64,000 bases of DNA from an uncultured Planctomycetaceae bacterium (GTDB lineage Bacteria; Planctomycetota; Planctomycetia; Pirellulales; UBA1268). Positions 26,846 through 35,732 of this stretch are shown here, in pieces. The translations under genes and the position numbers were made by a program. The number at the start of each line of letters is the position of its first letter. Position 1 is the stretch's first letter. Under the pieces are notes generated by a model. That model was not told the origin of the DNA and searched no databases. It saw nothing but the letters and a program-made list of their open reading frames with translations. Location of the stretch: NCBI GenBank assembly GCA_903885565.1, contig CAISJI010000216.1:8970-72969 (forward strand), given 5' to 3'.

Positions 26846-27436
26846 ATGGTTGACCAACCCACCCCCCGCAGCGCCGCGAGCGGGAGCGATGGAATCTCGT
26901 TCTACTGCCCCAGCGGCCATCGCATTCTCGTGCCGCGGACGCTGGCCGGGAAACGTGGCGCCTGCTCGAAGTGTGGCGTGGATGTCACGATTCCCCTCAC
27001 CTCGCAGCCCGCCACGCCCCCCCCTGACGGGCAGCCACTGACCACGAATGCATTCATGCCCGCAGGGAGACCGGAAGCGGAACCCGCGGGCCCTCAGCCG
27101 GAACCGGATCAGCCGCTCGAACCACCTCCAGCAGCCTACGCAGCCCAGGACTACCCACTCCCCCCATTTGAGCCTGGCCAGGAAAACCCCACAGCCATGC
27201 TGGTGGCCCGATTGTGGGTCGAACGCGAGCATGGCGGCATCGTCGAACTGCACCTCACCGGGGGGAGCGTGATTCTGCCAGAGTGGTTTGAAACGAACTG
27301 GTCGCGGGGCACCCATGGGGTGTTTGCCAGCCAGGCAGTCGACGGCTCGGTCACGCTCACCGCGGTGGCCTGGGACACCATTCAGAAGATCGTGGTGCGG
27401 CAGGTGCAGGGACTGCCCGACGGGATGTTTGAGTGA
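26846..27436 (+). CDS. Hypothetical zinc-ribbon protein with Pro-rich linker
   Basis: The ribbon is SFYCPSGHRILVPRTLAGKRGACSKCGVDVTIP. A Pro-rich linker and a ~90-aa C-terminal domain of unknown function follow. Confidence 0.55.
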   Translation: MVDQPTPRSAASGSDGISFYCPSGHRILVPRTLAGKRGACSKCGVDVTIPLTSQPATPPPDGQPLTTNAFMPAGRPEAEPAGPQPEPDQPLEPPPAAYAAQDYPLPPFEPGQENPTAMLVARLWVEREHGGIVELHLTGGSVILPEWFETNWSRGTHGVFASQAVDGSVTLTAVAWDTIQKIVVRQVQGLPDGMFE

Positions 27437-27447
27437 GAGGGAACGTT

Positions 27448-28092
27448 CTAATCCTCGTCGAGATCACCTTCGGTGATCATGGTGAAACCCTTGCTGCCGA
27501 GGGTCTCCAGCCCCATGTCGGTGTTGTCGACCATGAGCGCCACTGCCGGCCTGCCGCGGGGCCGCACGAGGATTGGATAGGCCTGGATGATGTTTACCTC
27601 GGCCTGCAACAGCGCTGTGCAGACGCGCAGGAGCGGCTGTGGACAGTCAGACAGTTCCACGCCGATCAGATCGCTTTCGATGATCGCCAGGCCAGCCCGC
27701 TCGAGGATCTCCCGACCCTGATCCGGATGGCTGACGAGAAACCGCACAAATGCGCACTCGCCCGAATCGTTGATCGACAGCGCCACGATCCTTACTCTCG
27801 ACCCATCGAACCGGCGGACCACTTCGAGCAGTTGGCCGACCCGGTTTTCCAGAAAGACCGTGAACTGTCGCAGCGTTGGCCAGTTGCGTCCGCGGGCAGT
27901 GGCGAAGCCGACCCCCGCACCGTCACTCGAGTCGCCAATGCTCACGTTCGCCTGCTCCGTCGGAAGGAAGGAATCAGCACAGCGCTTGTTTCTGCGCTGG
28001 AAAAGATACGCTGAAAGAGAATAGAGTCTCCGCAGGCAGTCGGTCAACGAACCTGCGACGGGCGCGGGAGCATTCCCCGCCGGCCCGAGCAT
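27448..28092 (-). CDS. Tandem ACT-domain protein
   Basis: Two ACT-like units are FTVFLENRVGQLLEVVRRF... and IGVELSDCPQPLLRVCTALLQAEVNI.... The start is uncertain; an in-frame GTG at 27945 would give 165 aa. Confidence 0.65.
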   Translation of the reverse strand: MLGPAGNAPAPVAGSLTDCLRRLYSLSAYLFQRRNKRCADSFLPTEQANVSIGDSSDGAGVGFATARGRNWPTLRQFTVFLENRVGQLLEVVRRFDGSRVRIVALSINDSGECAFVRFLVSHPDQGREILERAGLAIIESDLIGVELSDCPQPLLRVCTALLQAEVNIIQAYPILVRPRGRPAVALMVDNTDMGLETLGSKGFTMITEGDLDED

Positions 28093-28114
28093 CCCCCGAG
28101 GAGGCGAAAAACCT

Positions 28115-28501
28115 GTGTCTGCAGCATCCCATGAGATCGAAATTCGGGTTCGGTATCAGGAAACAGACGGGCAGCGGCGGCTGCACCATGCCAATTATTT
28201 CACCTATTTTGAGATGGGACGCACCGAGATGCTGCGGGCCCGCGGGGCGACCTACCGGCAGTTTGAGGATGCCGGCCTGATGATGGTGGTTTCCGAGGCC
28301 AACTGCCGCTACCGGGCCCCGGCCGAATACGACGATCTGCTCACGCTGCGCACCTGGATGGAGCAGATGGGGGGGGCGAGCATCAAGCATGGCTACGAAG
28401 TGATTCGCGACGGGGTCATCATTGCTACCGGCGCCACCGTGGTGGTGTGCGTTGATACCGAGGGGAAGGTGCGCAGGCTCCCCGAGTGGCTGGTGGAATG
28501 A
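28115..28501 (+). CDS. YbgC/4HBT-family acyl-CoA thioesterase
   Basis: HEIEIRVRYQETDGQRRLHHANYFTYFEMGRTEMLR is the canonical hot-dog thioesterase N-terminus. The start codon is GTG. Confidence 0.85.
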   Translation: MSAASHEIEIRVRYQETDGQRRLHHANYFTYFEMGRTEMLRARGATYRQFEDAGLMMVVSEANCRYRAPAEYDDLLTLRTWMEQMGGASIKHGYEVIRDGVIIATGATVVVCVDTEGKVRRLPEWLVE

Positions 28502-28587
28502 ATCGGGGTGGCGGCCCCCTTCACGCCGAAGGTTTTCTGGTCTGCCGCTGCCGCATCGAGTGAATGGCGACTGTGATCTCCAGCGAG

Positions 28588-29373
28588 CTATCCCAACAGC
28601 GGTTCAAAGACAAACCGCTGTTCGCCGCAGAGGAATTGCGACGGCCCCGCCATTTTCACCGGCGCCTCCAGTTTCACCCACAGCCCATTGAGCCCGCGGT
28701 TGATCATCTTCCAGCCACGGGGTGTCAGATGCACCTCGGCATGGAGGGGGCTGATGAAGGGATCGTCGAGGGCGATCGCTGCCGCTCCGCCGGCGCGACC
28801 GATGGTCGTGGCCCCCACACACTCGTGGCGACGGCCCAGATGATTCGAGCGCACCTCCACCAGACAGGCAGAGCCTGTGGCCTGCACTTCAAACAGCAGT
28901 CGGGTGGCGCCGAGTTGCACAATGGAGCCGTGGCGCAGCCGGGCGGCGGCGGCCCGCACGAGCGTCCCCGCGGCGCTCCCCTCGTCGCTGAGCTGCCAGG
29001 AGCCGTCTGGAAGCCGATCGATTCGCGCATGGCGGGCCGACATCGCAGTGTCGTGTGGGATTACAACCTTCCCCTCGCTGCGTCCGATCACCACCCAGTC
29101 ATCGCGGATGCGGATTGTTTCGCCCGTCTCGCGGCCGTCATCCACAATATGCAAAAGCCCCATCGCTCGCCTCTGGAGCGGATGAAAGATCGGGGCTTCG
29201 GCACTGGTGTCGGCTGCGGTTGGCGGGGTGTCACCGACCTCTGGTTCGGCTGGCGGAGCCGCCTTGAGCAGCTGTGCCCAGCTGTCGAATGATTCAAACA
29301 GGGTGCTCACCTCAGCGGGGCGCGGGGTGGGAATGCTTTGAGCGACAGGGGGATTGGGATCTCGGACGGCCAT
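28588..29373 (-). CDS. Double FHA-domain protein
   Basis: 261 aa from MAVRDPNPP (ATG 29373). FHA 1 reads VVIGRSEGKVVIPHDTAMSARHARIDRLPDGSWQLSDEGSAAGTLV. FHA 2 reads TTIGRAGGAAAIALDDPFISPLHAEVH...INRGLNGLWV. The 674-aa track ORF is an artefactual upstream extension. Confidence 0.75.
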   Translation of the reverse strand: MAVRDPNPPVAQSIPTPRPAEVSTLFESFDSWAQLLKAAPPAEPEVGDTPPTAADTSAEAPIFHPLQRRAMGLLHIVDDGRETGETIRIRDDWVVIGRSEGKVVIPHDTAMSARHARIDRLPDGSWQLSDEGSAAGTLVRAAAARLRHGSIVQLGATRLLFEVQATGSACLVEVRSNHLGRRHECVGATTIGRAGGAAAIALDDPFISPLHAEVHLTPRGWKMINRGLNGLWVKLEAPVKMAGPSQFLCGEQRFVFEPLLG

Positions 29374-29598
29374 GGCCAACACCTTGCGTGACAGACAGCC
29401 CCCTCGCGGTGCACGCTGGCAGCTGCCTCTCTCTCCCAATCTACGACGTTGACAGGGAATTCCACAGTGGGCGACGGGAGCCGGCGGAGTCGCTCCTGGT
29501 CGCTGCATATGACTCAAGGCGGTAGACTGAGGCCCCGCCTGTCGCCTTCTGGCCGATCTGTCGCCCAGCAGGTGCCCCACACCCAAGGAGTTTCCGGC

Positions 29599-31053
29599 AT
29601 GAATCAGGCCGTCGATCCAGTAGCCCAGCGGGCCCTGTCGATCAATCTCGAGAGCGGCGTGTACGGCACGTTCGCCGAGATCGGTGCCGGCCAGGAGGTG
29701 GCACGCTGGTTTTTCTCGGTGGGGGGAGCGGCTGGCACGGTTGCCAAGTCGATGTCGGCCTACGACATGAAGGTGAGCGATGCGATCTACGGCAAGGCCA
29801 CCCGGTATGTTTCCCGCGAGCGGCTCGAGGAGATGCTCAACCACGAGTTCACGCTGTTGCGGGAGAGGCTCGATGAGTCGCGTGGCCCGTCGATGCGGTT
29901 TTTCGCCTTTGCCGACACAGCTGCGGCCATGTCCCATGCCGGCAACAACGAATGCCACGCCTGGGTTGGTATGCGCTTTCAGCACGCCCCGCGCAGCGAG
30001 CCCAATGATGTGCTGGTGCACGTGCGGATGCTCGATCCCGGGAACTCGCGCCAGCAGGATGCCCTGGGCCGTCTGGGAGTGAACCTGATCCATGCCTGTT
30101 TTAATCAAGCGAAAAATCCCAAACAGTTGCTCGAAGCGCTCATGCAGGATGTGGGGCGCGACCGGCTGGAGATCGACTGGGTGCAGATGAGCGGGCCGGT
30201 GTTTGCCGGCGTTGACAACCGGCTGATGGCCCTCCATCTGGTGCGGATTGGCACGACCCCAGCGGTGCTCTTTGATGTCGATGGCAAGCCGCTTCTCGCG
30301 GCCGACGCGATTCGCAAGAAGCGGGTGCTGGTGGAACGGGGACGATTCGCCCCGGTCACCCGGCTCAACCTTGACATGCTCGCGCAGGCTGCCGCCCAGT
30401 TTGCCCAGGACACAGCCACGCCAGAGACGACCGCGCCGCCGCCCGGAGCGGCGCCTGCGCCACAGCGCGGGGGAATCGTCGAGATCATGGAGATCACGAT
30501 GAACAATCTCCGCGACCGTGGGCAGGTGGAGGACGCCGACTTCCTCACTCGCGTCGATCTGCTGTCGGCCGTGGGCAAAATGGTGCTGGTGAGCGATCTG
30601 GGGCCGTTCCATCGGCTGGCCGACTATCTCGCCAAGCGGAATGTCGATAAAACTGGCATCGTGCTGGGGGTGCCGCTGCTGCGGGAACTCTTTAACGAAT
30701 CACACTACCGCGATCTGGGCGGCGGGATTCTGGAGGCGTTTGGTCGGCTGTTCGCCCATTCGGTGCGGCTGTATGTCCATCCCACCCGCGACATGATCGA
30801 CGGCCGGATTGTGACGGCCGACACGCTCAATGTGGCGCCCCATCTGACGCATTTGCTGCGCCATCTCCTGGCCAATGGTCTGGTGCGTTCGTTGCCCTAT
30901 GAGGAGTCGTCGCTGCGCACCTATTCCAGCGAAGAGGTGCGTTCGCGGATCTGTTCCGGCGATCCCTCCTGGAAGGATCTGGTCGATCCGGCAGTGGCGA
31001 AGATCATCTCCAGCACCGGCTACTTCGGCGCCCACTGCGAACTGCCGCAGTAG
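29599..31053 (+). CDS. Conserved hypothetical protein (uncharacterised family)
   Basis: 484 aa. AAGGAG lies 8 nt upstream of the ATG. The strongly conserved-looking N-terminus is LSINLESGVYGTFAEIGAGQEVARWFFSVGGAAGTVAKSMSAYDMKVSDAIYG. I recall seeing it in unannotated or inconsistently annotated proteins but cannot assign a function. Confidence 0.7.
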   Translation: MNQAVDPVAQRALSINLESGVYGTFAEIGAGQEVARWFFSVGGAAGTVAKSMSAYDMKVSDAIYGKATRYVSRERLEEMLNHEFTLLRERLDESRGPSMRFFAFADTAAAMSHAGNNECHAWVGMRFQHAPRSEPNDVLVHVRMLDPGNSRQQDALGRLGVNLIHACFNQAKNPKQLLEALMQDVGRDRLEIDWVQMSGPVFAGVDNRLMALHLVRIGTTPAVLFDVDGKPLLAADAIRKKRVLVERGRFAPVTRLNLDMLAQAAAQFAQDTATPETTAPPPGAAPAPQRGGIVEIMEITMNNLRDRGQVEDADFLTRVDLLSAVGKMVLVSDLGPFHRLADYLAKRNVDKTGIVLGVPLLRELFNESHYRDLGGGILEAFGRLFAHSVRLYVHPTRDMIDGRIVTADTLNVAPHLTHLLRHLLANGLVRSLPYEESSLRTYSSEEVRSRICSGDPSWKDLVDPAVAKIISSTGYFGAHCELPQ

Positions 31054-31093
31054 CTGGCGGCGAAAGGCCCGGCGGCCCCCCATCACCCCTGTG

Positions 31094-34000
31094 TTATCGC
31101 CACTCGACGAAAGCGCTCTGGCCGGGGGCGATGTCGATGGCCAAGGAAGGGGCGGAGGGAAACGTGCGGTTCGAGCGCCACTCCCGCGCTTCGCGGAAGC
31201 CGCCCCGGGGCTTGAGTGTGATATGGGCTACCGCAGCCGGATCAACTGTCACTGGTTCATTCGGTTTTTTGGCAATGCCAGCATTGTTGATCAGTTCGAT
31301 CACCCAGCCGCTGGCCGTACGGTTGACCTGATATTGAATGGCATCCCCCGTCACCTCCACCGGCAGGAGATCCCCGGAGAGTTTTTCCAGTCTGGGGGTG
31401 GCGATCGCCGCCGGCCGGCCCGTGGCGGGGTTTGTCCAGGGATCGAGCACCTCCACCCGCCCGCCCCCCGAGAGGCTGGTCAACTCGACAAACCGTGCCC
31501 CGAGCGCCTCTCGGTGGGCTGGTGAGACCAGCAGCGTGCAGCCCTGCTCGACCGAGTGGCGGAGCTTGGCGAGCGTGGCGTCGTCAAACTCGATGTCGCC
31601 CGCGAGGAGCAACACCTGATAGCTGGCCAGCATTTCCGCACTGGCGCCGGTCAGTTGCACATCAAACATTTCGCCGTAGGGAGTGGGGCGCAGATAAGCC
31701 GCCTCGGGATTGTCGCGATTGGGCGGGGCATGGATGTGGTCAGCGCCGGGAAAGAGCTGGGAGTCGAAGAGATCGCGCAGCTGGCGGTCGCCGGGAGTGG
31801 GCTCCAGAATGCCCCAGGGCTTGTCCATGTAGCCGTTGTAGCCGGCCAGATGGTCGAGCAGAATCGCCACAGGCGTGAAGGGAACGCCCCTCTGGTGCTC
31901 CTGCATGAACTGATACACCTCCGCTGCCTTGCGGCCGTGGGAGGTGAGCGTCCAGGGAGCAGCGGCCTGCTCGAAAAAGATGCTGATGCTGTTTTCGGGA
32001 GTCACCATCGCGGCACCGGCAAACCACGAGTGCAGCCAGAGCCGCTCGTAGAAGCTCAAGCTGTGGCCGGCGTCGAGGCCTCGGGCCATTCCCCCTTCGC
32101 TGCGCAGCGGGCCGCTGGTGGTGCAGGCACCGGCAAACCATGGGCTCACCTGCACGGACCAGGGCTTCTGCCACTGTCGGGAGGCGCCTCGCGCGAACGC
32201 CAGTTTCGACTGCGTGAAGGCGATGTTCTCGCCCAGCTCCAGTCCGATGCACCGAGCCCCCCACTCGCCTGCATAGGCCTCGTAATGGGAATGCCCGTTG
32301 ACGCTGATCACGCGGTCGAGAAGATCGCGGCAGCGGTGTTTGAAATACCGCTCCACCGCCTCGTAGCACTCCCGCTTGCCGCTGGGCATCTGGTCGTAGC
32401 CGCTGAAGCCCGCCGGCTTCATCAGATGTTTGAAGGCGTCGAACTCCGCGCCATACACATCCCGCCACCACTTCTCGTTGTGCGACAGCCGATGGAAGTA
32501 GTAGCCCCACTCCCCCAGCTGCACGGCGGTGAATCTTCCCTCGCGGTCCATCGCTTCCCAAGCGGACGCCTCCGCCGCGCCGAGCACGCAGCGGCCACCA
32601 TCGATCTGCATGTCGGCGCAACAGGTGCTCACAACCGGCCAGCCGGTCGTGGCGAGCATGTCAAACAGCGGCTTGGCGTGGGGGGCGGGCCCCGGCCCCG
32701 GGTCGAAGCCGTTGCCCAGCTTCTCTTTCCGCATCACCGCGATCAGCTGTTCCAGGGCGGCAAGCTCTCCCGGCACGCCGTACATCGTGAAGGCGCAGCC
32801 GGAGTGGCCAGGCAGGGACCGCAGCCCAAATCGCTCAGGCAGCGGCACGGCGGCCGCGGCCACGAGATCTTTCAGACAATCGGCCCAGAGCCGGTAGCCC
32901 GCCGGACTCAGATGCACGCCATCGGGGGAGATCTCGGCCGGCAGCGTGCCGTCAGGCCTGAGCAAGCGCAGGCCAACATCGGCAAAACGCACCTGTCCGC
33001 CGTCGGCGAGGTTGGCGATCAGCCTGTTCACCTCACCGATTTTCAGTCGATCGGGGCTGGCGGAGGAATGATCCTTGGGAAACGTGCCGAGCAGAAGGAT
33101 CTCCGACTCCGGCAATTTCTCCCGCAGCCGAGCGACAATTGTCTCGATGCCGCGGGCGATGTCGGCGGCGGAGTGATGAGGGGAGGCGACGATATTGTTG
33201 ACGCCAATCATCAACACCACCAGTCGGGGGCGGAGCCCGTCCACGGCACCATGGTCGAGCTGCCAGAGGATGTGCTGCGTCTGGCTGCCGGCGATGCCGA
33301 TCGAGGCGGCCCGGCGGGGCACAAACTCCTGCTCCCACACCTCCCGGCCGATATCGCGCCAGCCGGAAGTGATCGAATCGCCAAGGAACAGAATCTCCGG
33401 TCCTCCCGCCAGCCCACGCACTTCGGCCACGCGTTCCCCATGTCGCAAGCACCATTCGTCATTGGGCCGCTGGGGCACCGCTGCATCGGCGGCGCCGGGA
33501 ACGTGGACCGTGCCAGCAGGCCGGATGCCAGCCGGGACGATCGAGAGAGCCTCCTCCTGTTCCATCGCCAGTGAAACCTTGCCGTCAGCCACGGGCAGAT
33601 TCGCCTGGCGGAGCGTGCAGCCGGCGGTTGTGATTGCGTAGAGATCAACTGCCTTCACATCCTGCCAGTCGGCTGGCAGTCGCCAGGCCTTGCCAGGAGT
33701 TCCTCTGTTTGACCAGGCGATGACCTCCCGCGGATTCCACAGCGCCGGCACGAACAGATCGTCGTCGGCCCGGAGCACAAAATCCCCCTGACGGATCGTG
33801 CGAACCCCCTCCTCCGTGCGGGCCACGACGCCATCGCCGTAGGTCAGCACATCGTTTTTGAACGACAGGCGGTCGTGGCGGCTGAGGAAATACCAGGGAA
33901 GCGTGGTGCGGCAGAACATCGCCAGGAAGCCGGGCATCGTTTCCTTGTCACGCTGCCAGATCTCCTCTGCGTGCATGCTCGAGCCAAACCGGAAATCGCC

Positions 34001-35236
34001 ATCGTTATCCCGGTCGGTGCGGCCGCGGGCCATCAGCCGCTCAGGGATTCTCATCTGATAACCGCGGTCGCCCGGATACCACCATGACATCGCCTGCAGT
34101 CCGGTGAAGCCTTCGCCCGGCGGATGGGCCCAGAAGATCCCCTCGCCGGTCACATCGAAGCCCCGGTCGCGCCAATACTGAAAAATCTTCCGCTGCGTCT
34201 CCACATATTTCTCAGGCGTCAGCCCGCCATGCTCGGGAAGGGCGTGCCAGGGGCTGACCGGTTTGCCATTATCGCGCTGGGCGATGAAGACATCGATGTG
34301 GATCGTGTGGCCATCCTTCAGTTCGGGCACCATCTCGATCAGCCGGTCGATCCGGCGCTGTGCCAGCCCCGCCTCCCATTCGCGGGGATAGACGACGTTG
34401 TACATGTCGTCGCCCACGATCTGGATGCCGGGCACGAGCAGCTTGCCCTCCTCATCCTTGGCCAGCAGATCCTGCTTGACATACTCATCCCACAGCGGGC
34501 TATGGCGATAGGCATCGACCATATTGATATGGAGGCTGACGGTGGTGTTGTAACGCCTTGCCTCGCGGATGAGCCAGCGCAGGCTTTCGAGCGCTGTGGC
34601 GTCATGGGGCAGTTTCAGCCGCGGGTTGACCTCGTCCCAGGCGGGGTAGCCATGGTCATGGCCCCCTTTCTGCCAGCCGACGAGGTAGACGATCTTGGGG
34701 ATGCCGCGGGTGAGGTTGTCGGTTTTGCGGATCACCTCCAGCGCCTCCTCAAACGTGCAGAGCACATCATGCGGCTTCTGGAAGAGCGGCTCTTTTGCCA
34801 GTCGCTCCACCGGTTCCCCTTCCATTCCCAGAAAGAGCTTTGTCACCAGACACTGGTGGTAATCGCGGTAGAAGGGGGCGACCACCACACTCGTGCTGGC
34901 GGAATGCTGCTTGCCATCCCGTTCCAAGGTCGCCTGAATGCGGGCGACGCCCCCTGCGCGGGGCAGAATCTGTCCGTTTTCAATGGTGACAACCTCCACG
35001 CCGCCGCTGGCCTCGGTGGTGGTGGCGGTGATTGCGGCGGCCGCCGGATCGATCGGCAGCCGTTGCCCAGAGGAGCTGACGGCAGTGAGGGTGATTCGCG
35101 CGGCCCCATGGGGATCGCGCACGAGTTGGAGCGTGGGCCTGTCGAGGGCGATCTCAAGGCGATCGATCGGCATGGGCTCTGCAGCCGATGCCGACAGCGT
35201 GGCCAGTGCTAGCAGGCTGCCGATCAGGTTCAGCAT
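31094..35236 (-). CDS. Secreted multidomain glycoside-hydrolase-like protein (GH101/endo-alpha-N-acetylgalactosaminidase-like + SGNH/GDSL hydrolase + large C-terminal domain)
   Basis: The signal-like N-terminus is MLNLIGSLLALATLSASAAEP. IVYLVGWQKGGHDHGYPAWDEV is GH101-like. FLGDSITSGW is SGNH block I. The final ~600 aa are an uncharacterised region. The track ORF start (35437) reads through repeat copy II, so I prefer 35236. Confidence 0.8.
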   Translation of the reverse strand: MLNLIGSLLALATLSASAAEPMPIDRLEIALDRPTLQLVRDPHGAARITLTAVSSSGQRLPIDPAAAAITATTTEASGGVEVVTIENGQILPRAGGVARIQATLERDGKQHSASTSVVVAPFYRDYHQCLVTKLFLGMEGEPVERLAKEPLFQKPHDVLCTFEEALEVIRKTDNLTRGIPKIVYLVGWQKGGHDHGYPAWDEVNPRLKLPHDATALESLRWLIREARRYNTTVSLHINMVDAYRHSPLWDEYVKQDLLAKDEEGKLLVPGIQIVGDDMYNVVYPREWEAGLAQRRIDRLIEMVPELKDGHTIHIDVFIAQRDNGKPVSPWHALPEHGGLTPEKYVETQRKIFQYWRDRGFDVTGEGIFWAHPPGEGFTGLQAMSWWYPGDRGYQMRIPERLMARGRTDRDNDGDFRFGSSMHAEEIWQRDKETMPGFLAMFCRTTLPWYFLSRHDRLSFKNDVLTYGDGVVARTEEGVRTIRQGDFVLRADDDLFVPALWNPREVIAWSNRGTPGKAWRLPADWQDVKAVDLYAITTAGCTLRQANLPVADGKVSLAMEQEEALSIVPAGIRPAGTVHVPGAADAAVPQRPNDEWCLRHGERVAEVRGLAGGPEILFLGDSITSGWRDIGREVWEQEFVPRRAASIGIAGSQTQHILWQLDHGAVDGLRPRLVVLMIGVNNIVASPHHSAADIARGIETIVARLREKLPESEILLLGTFPKDHSSASPDRLKIGEVNRLIANLADGGQVRFADVGLRLLRPDGTLPAEISPDGVHLSPAGYRLWADCLKDLVAAAAVPLPERFGLRSLPGHSGCAFTMYGVPGELAALEQLIAVMRKEKLGNGFDPGPGPAPHAKPLFDMLATTGWPVVSTCCADMQIDGGRCVLGAAEASAWEAMDREGRFTAVQLGEWGYYFHRLSHNEKWWRDVYGAEFDAFKHLMKPAGFSGYDQMPSGKRECYEAVERYFKHRCRDLLDRVISVNGHSHYEAYAGEWGARCIGLELGENIAFTQSKLAFARGASRQWQKPWSVQVSPWFAGACTTSGPLRSEGGMARGLDAGHSLSFYERLWLHSWFAGAAMVTPENSISIFFEQAAAPWTLTSHGRKAAEVYQFMQEHQRGVPFTPVAILLDHLAGYNGYMDKPWGILEPTPGDRQLRDLFDSQLFPGADHIHAPPNRDNPEAAYLRPTPYGEMFDVQLTGASAEMLASYQVLLLAGDIEFDDATLAKLRHSVEQGCTLLVSPAHREALGARFVELTSLSGGGRVEVLDPWTNPATGRPAAIATPRLEKLSGDLLPVEVTGDAIQYQVNRTASGWVIELINNAGIAKKPNEPVTVDPAAVAHITLKPRGGFREAREWRSNRTFPSAPSLAIDIAPGQSAFVEWR

Positions 35237-35327
35237 CGCTGGATGCGATGCCCGTCGACCGGGGAAACCCTCGACGTTTCCACCGGTCGACCGAGTGGAA
35301 AAAGTGCCGGGACGACTTTTTCTACGG
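35231..35327 (+). repeat. 98-bp double-hairpin repeat, copy II (5' of the GH gene start, minus-strand upstream region)
   Basis: Aligns base-for-base with 5000..5097 apart from scattered substitutions. Hairpin A is GTCGACCGGGGAAAC/GTTTCCACCGGTCGAC. Hairpin B is GTGGAAAAAGT/ACTTTTTCTAC with one G-U pair. Confidence 0.85.
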
Positions 35328-35732
35328 ACAGCTGCGATGAGGAGCGGGAAGAACCAAACAGCCGGGATCGTGCGCATGGGGTAAAAATTCCTGCAGGAAG
35401 AAAACCAGCCACCCAGAGGGGCGGTGCCGGGGGGCATGATTATGCCACGAGAATGGGTTGCACAGGCAAATCGGGCCGGATGCGGTGGAGGGGGAGCGAG
35501 ATACCGCCAGCCGGCCCCTCGGCGGGGGGCGTTCCTATGGTCGCCCCAGTGGGCTGTCTTCGATCCCGAGGGGCAGGGATGACTTTCACCACGGAGAGTT
35601 AGAATGAAGGCTCGTCGGGCTGTGGATCAAGGGCGTGTCCCGCAGCCAGGTTGAGTTCCAGCGAGAAGAACTCGCGCCTCCAGCGATCTTCAGATCGACA
35701 ACGCACATTCGCCCTGGTGCAGAAAGTGGCTC

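Noticed and set aside
29374-30612. The upstream 413 codons of the 674-aa minus-strand track ORF 28588..30612.
   Set aside because: Only the last 261 codons (from ATG 29373) encode recognisable FHA domains. The upstream part is antisense to the well-supported plus-strand gene 29599..31053 and has junk composition.
35237-35437. N-terminal extension of the GH ORF (MPPGTAPLGG...RRASHPA).
   Set aside because: It reads through repeat copy II. The same repeat yields a similar pseudo-peptide on the minus strand at 4913..5125, so the open frame is a property of the repeat. A signal-peptide-like start exists at 35236. M21 (35377) remains a possible alternative start.
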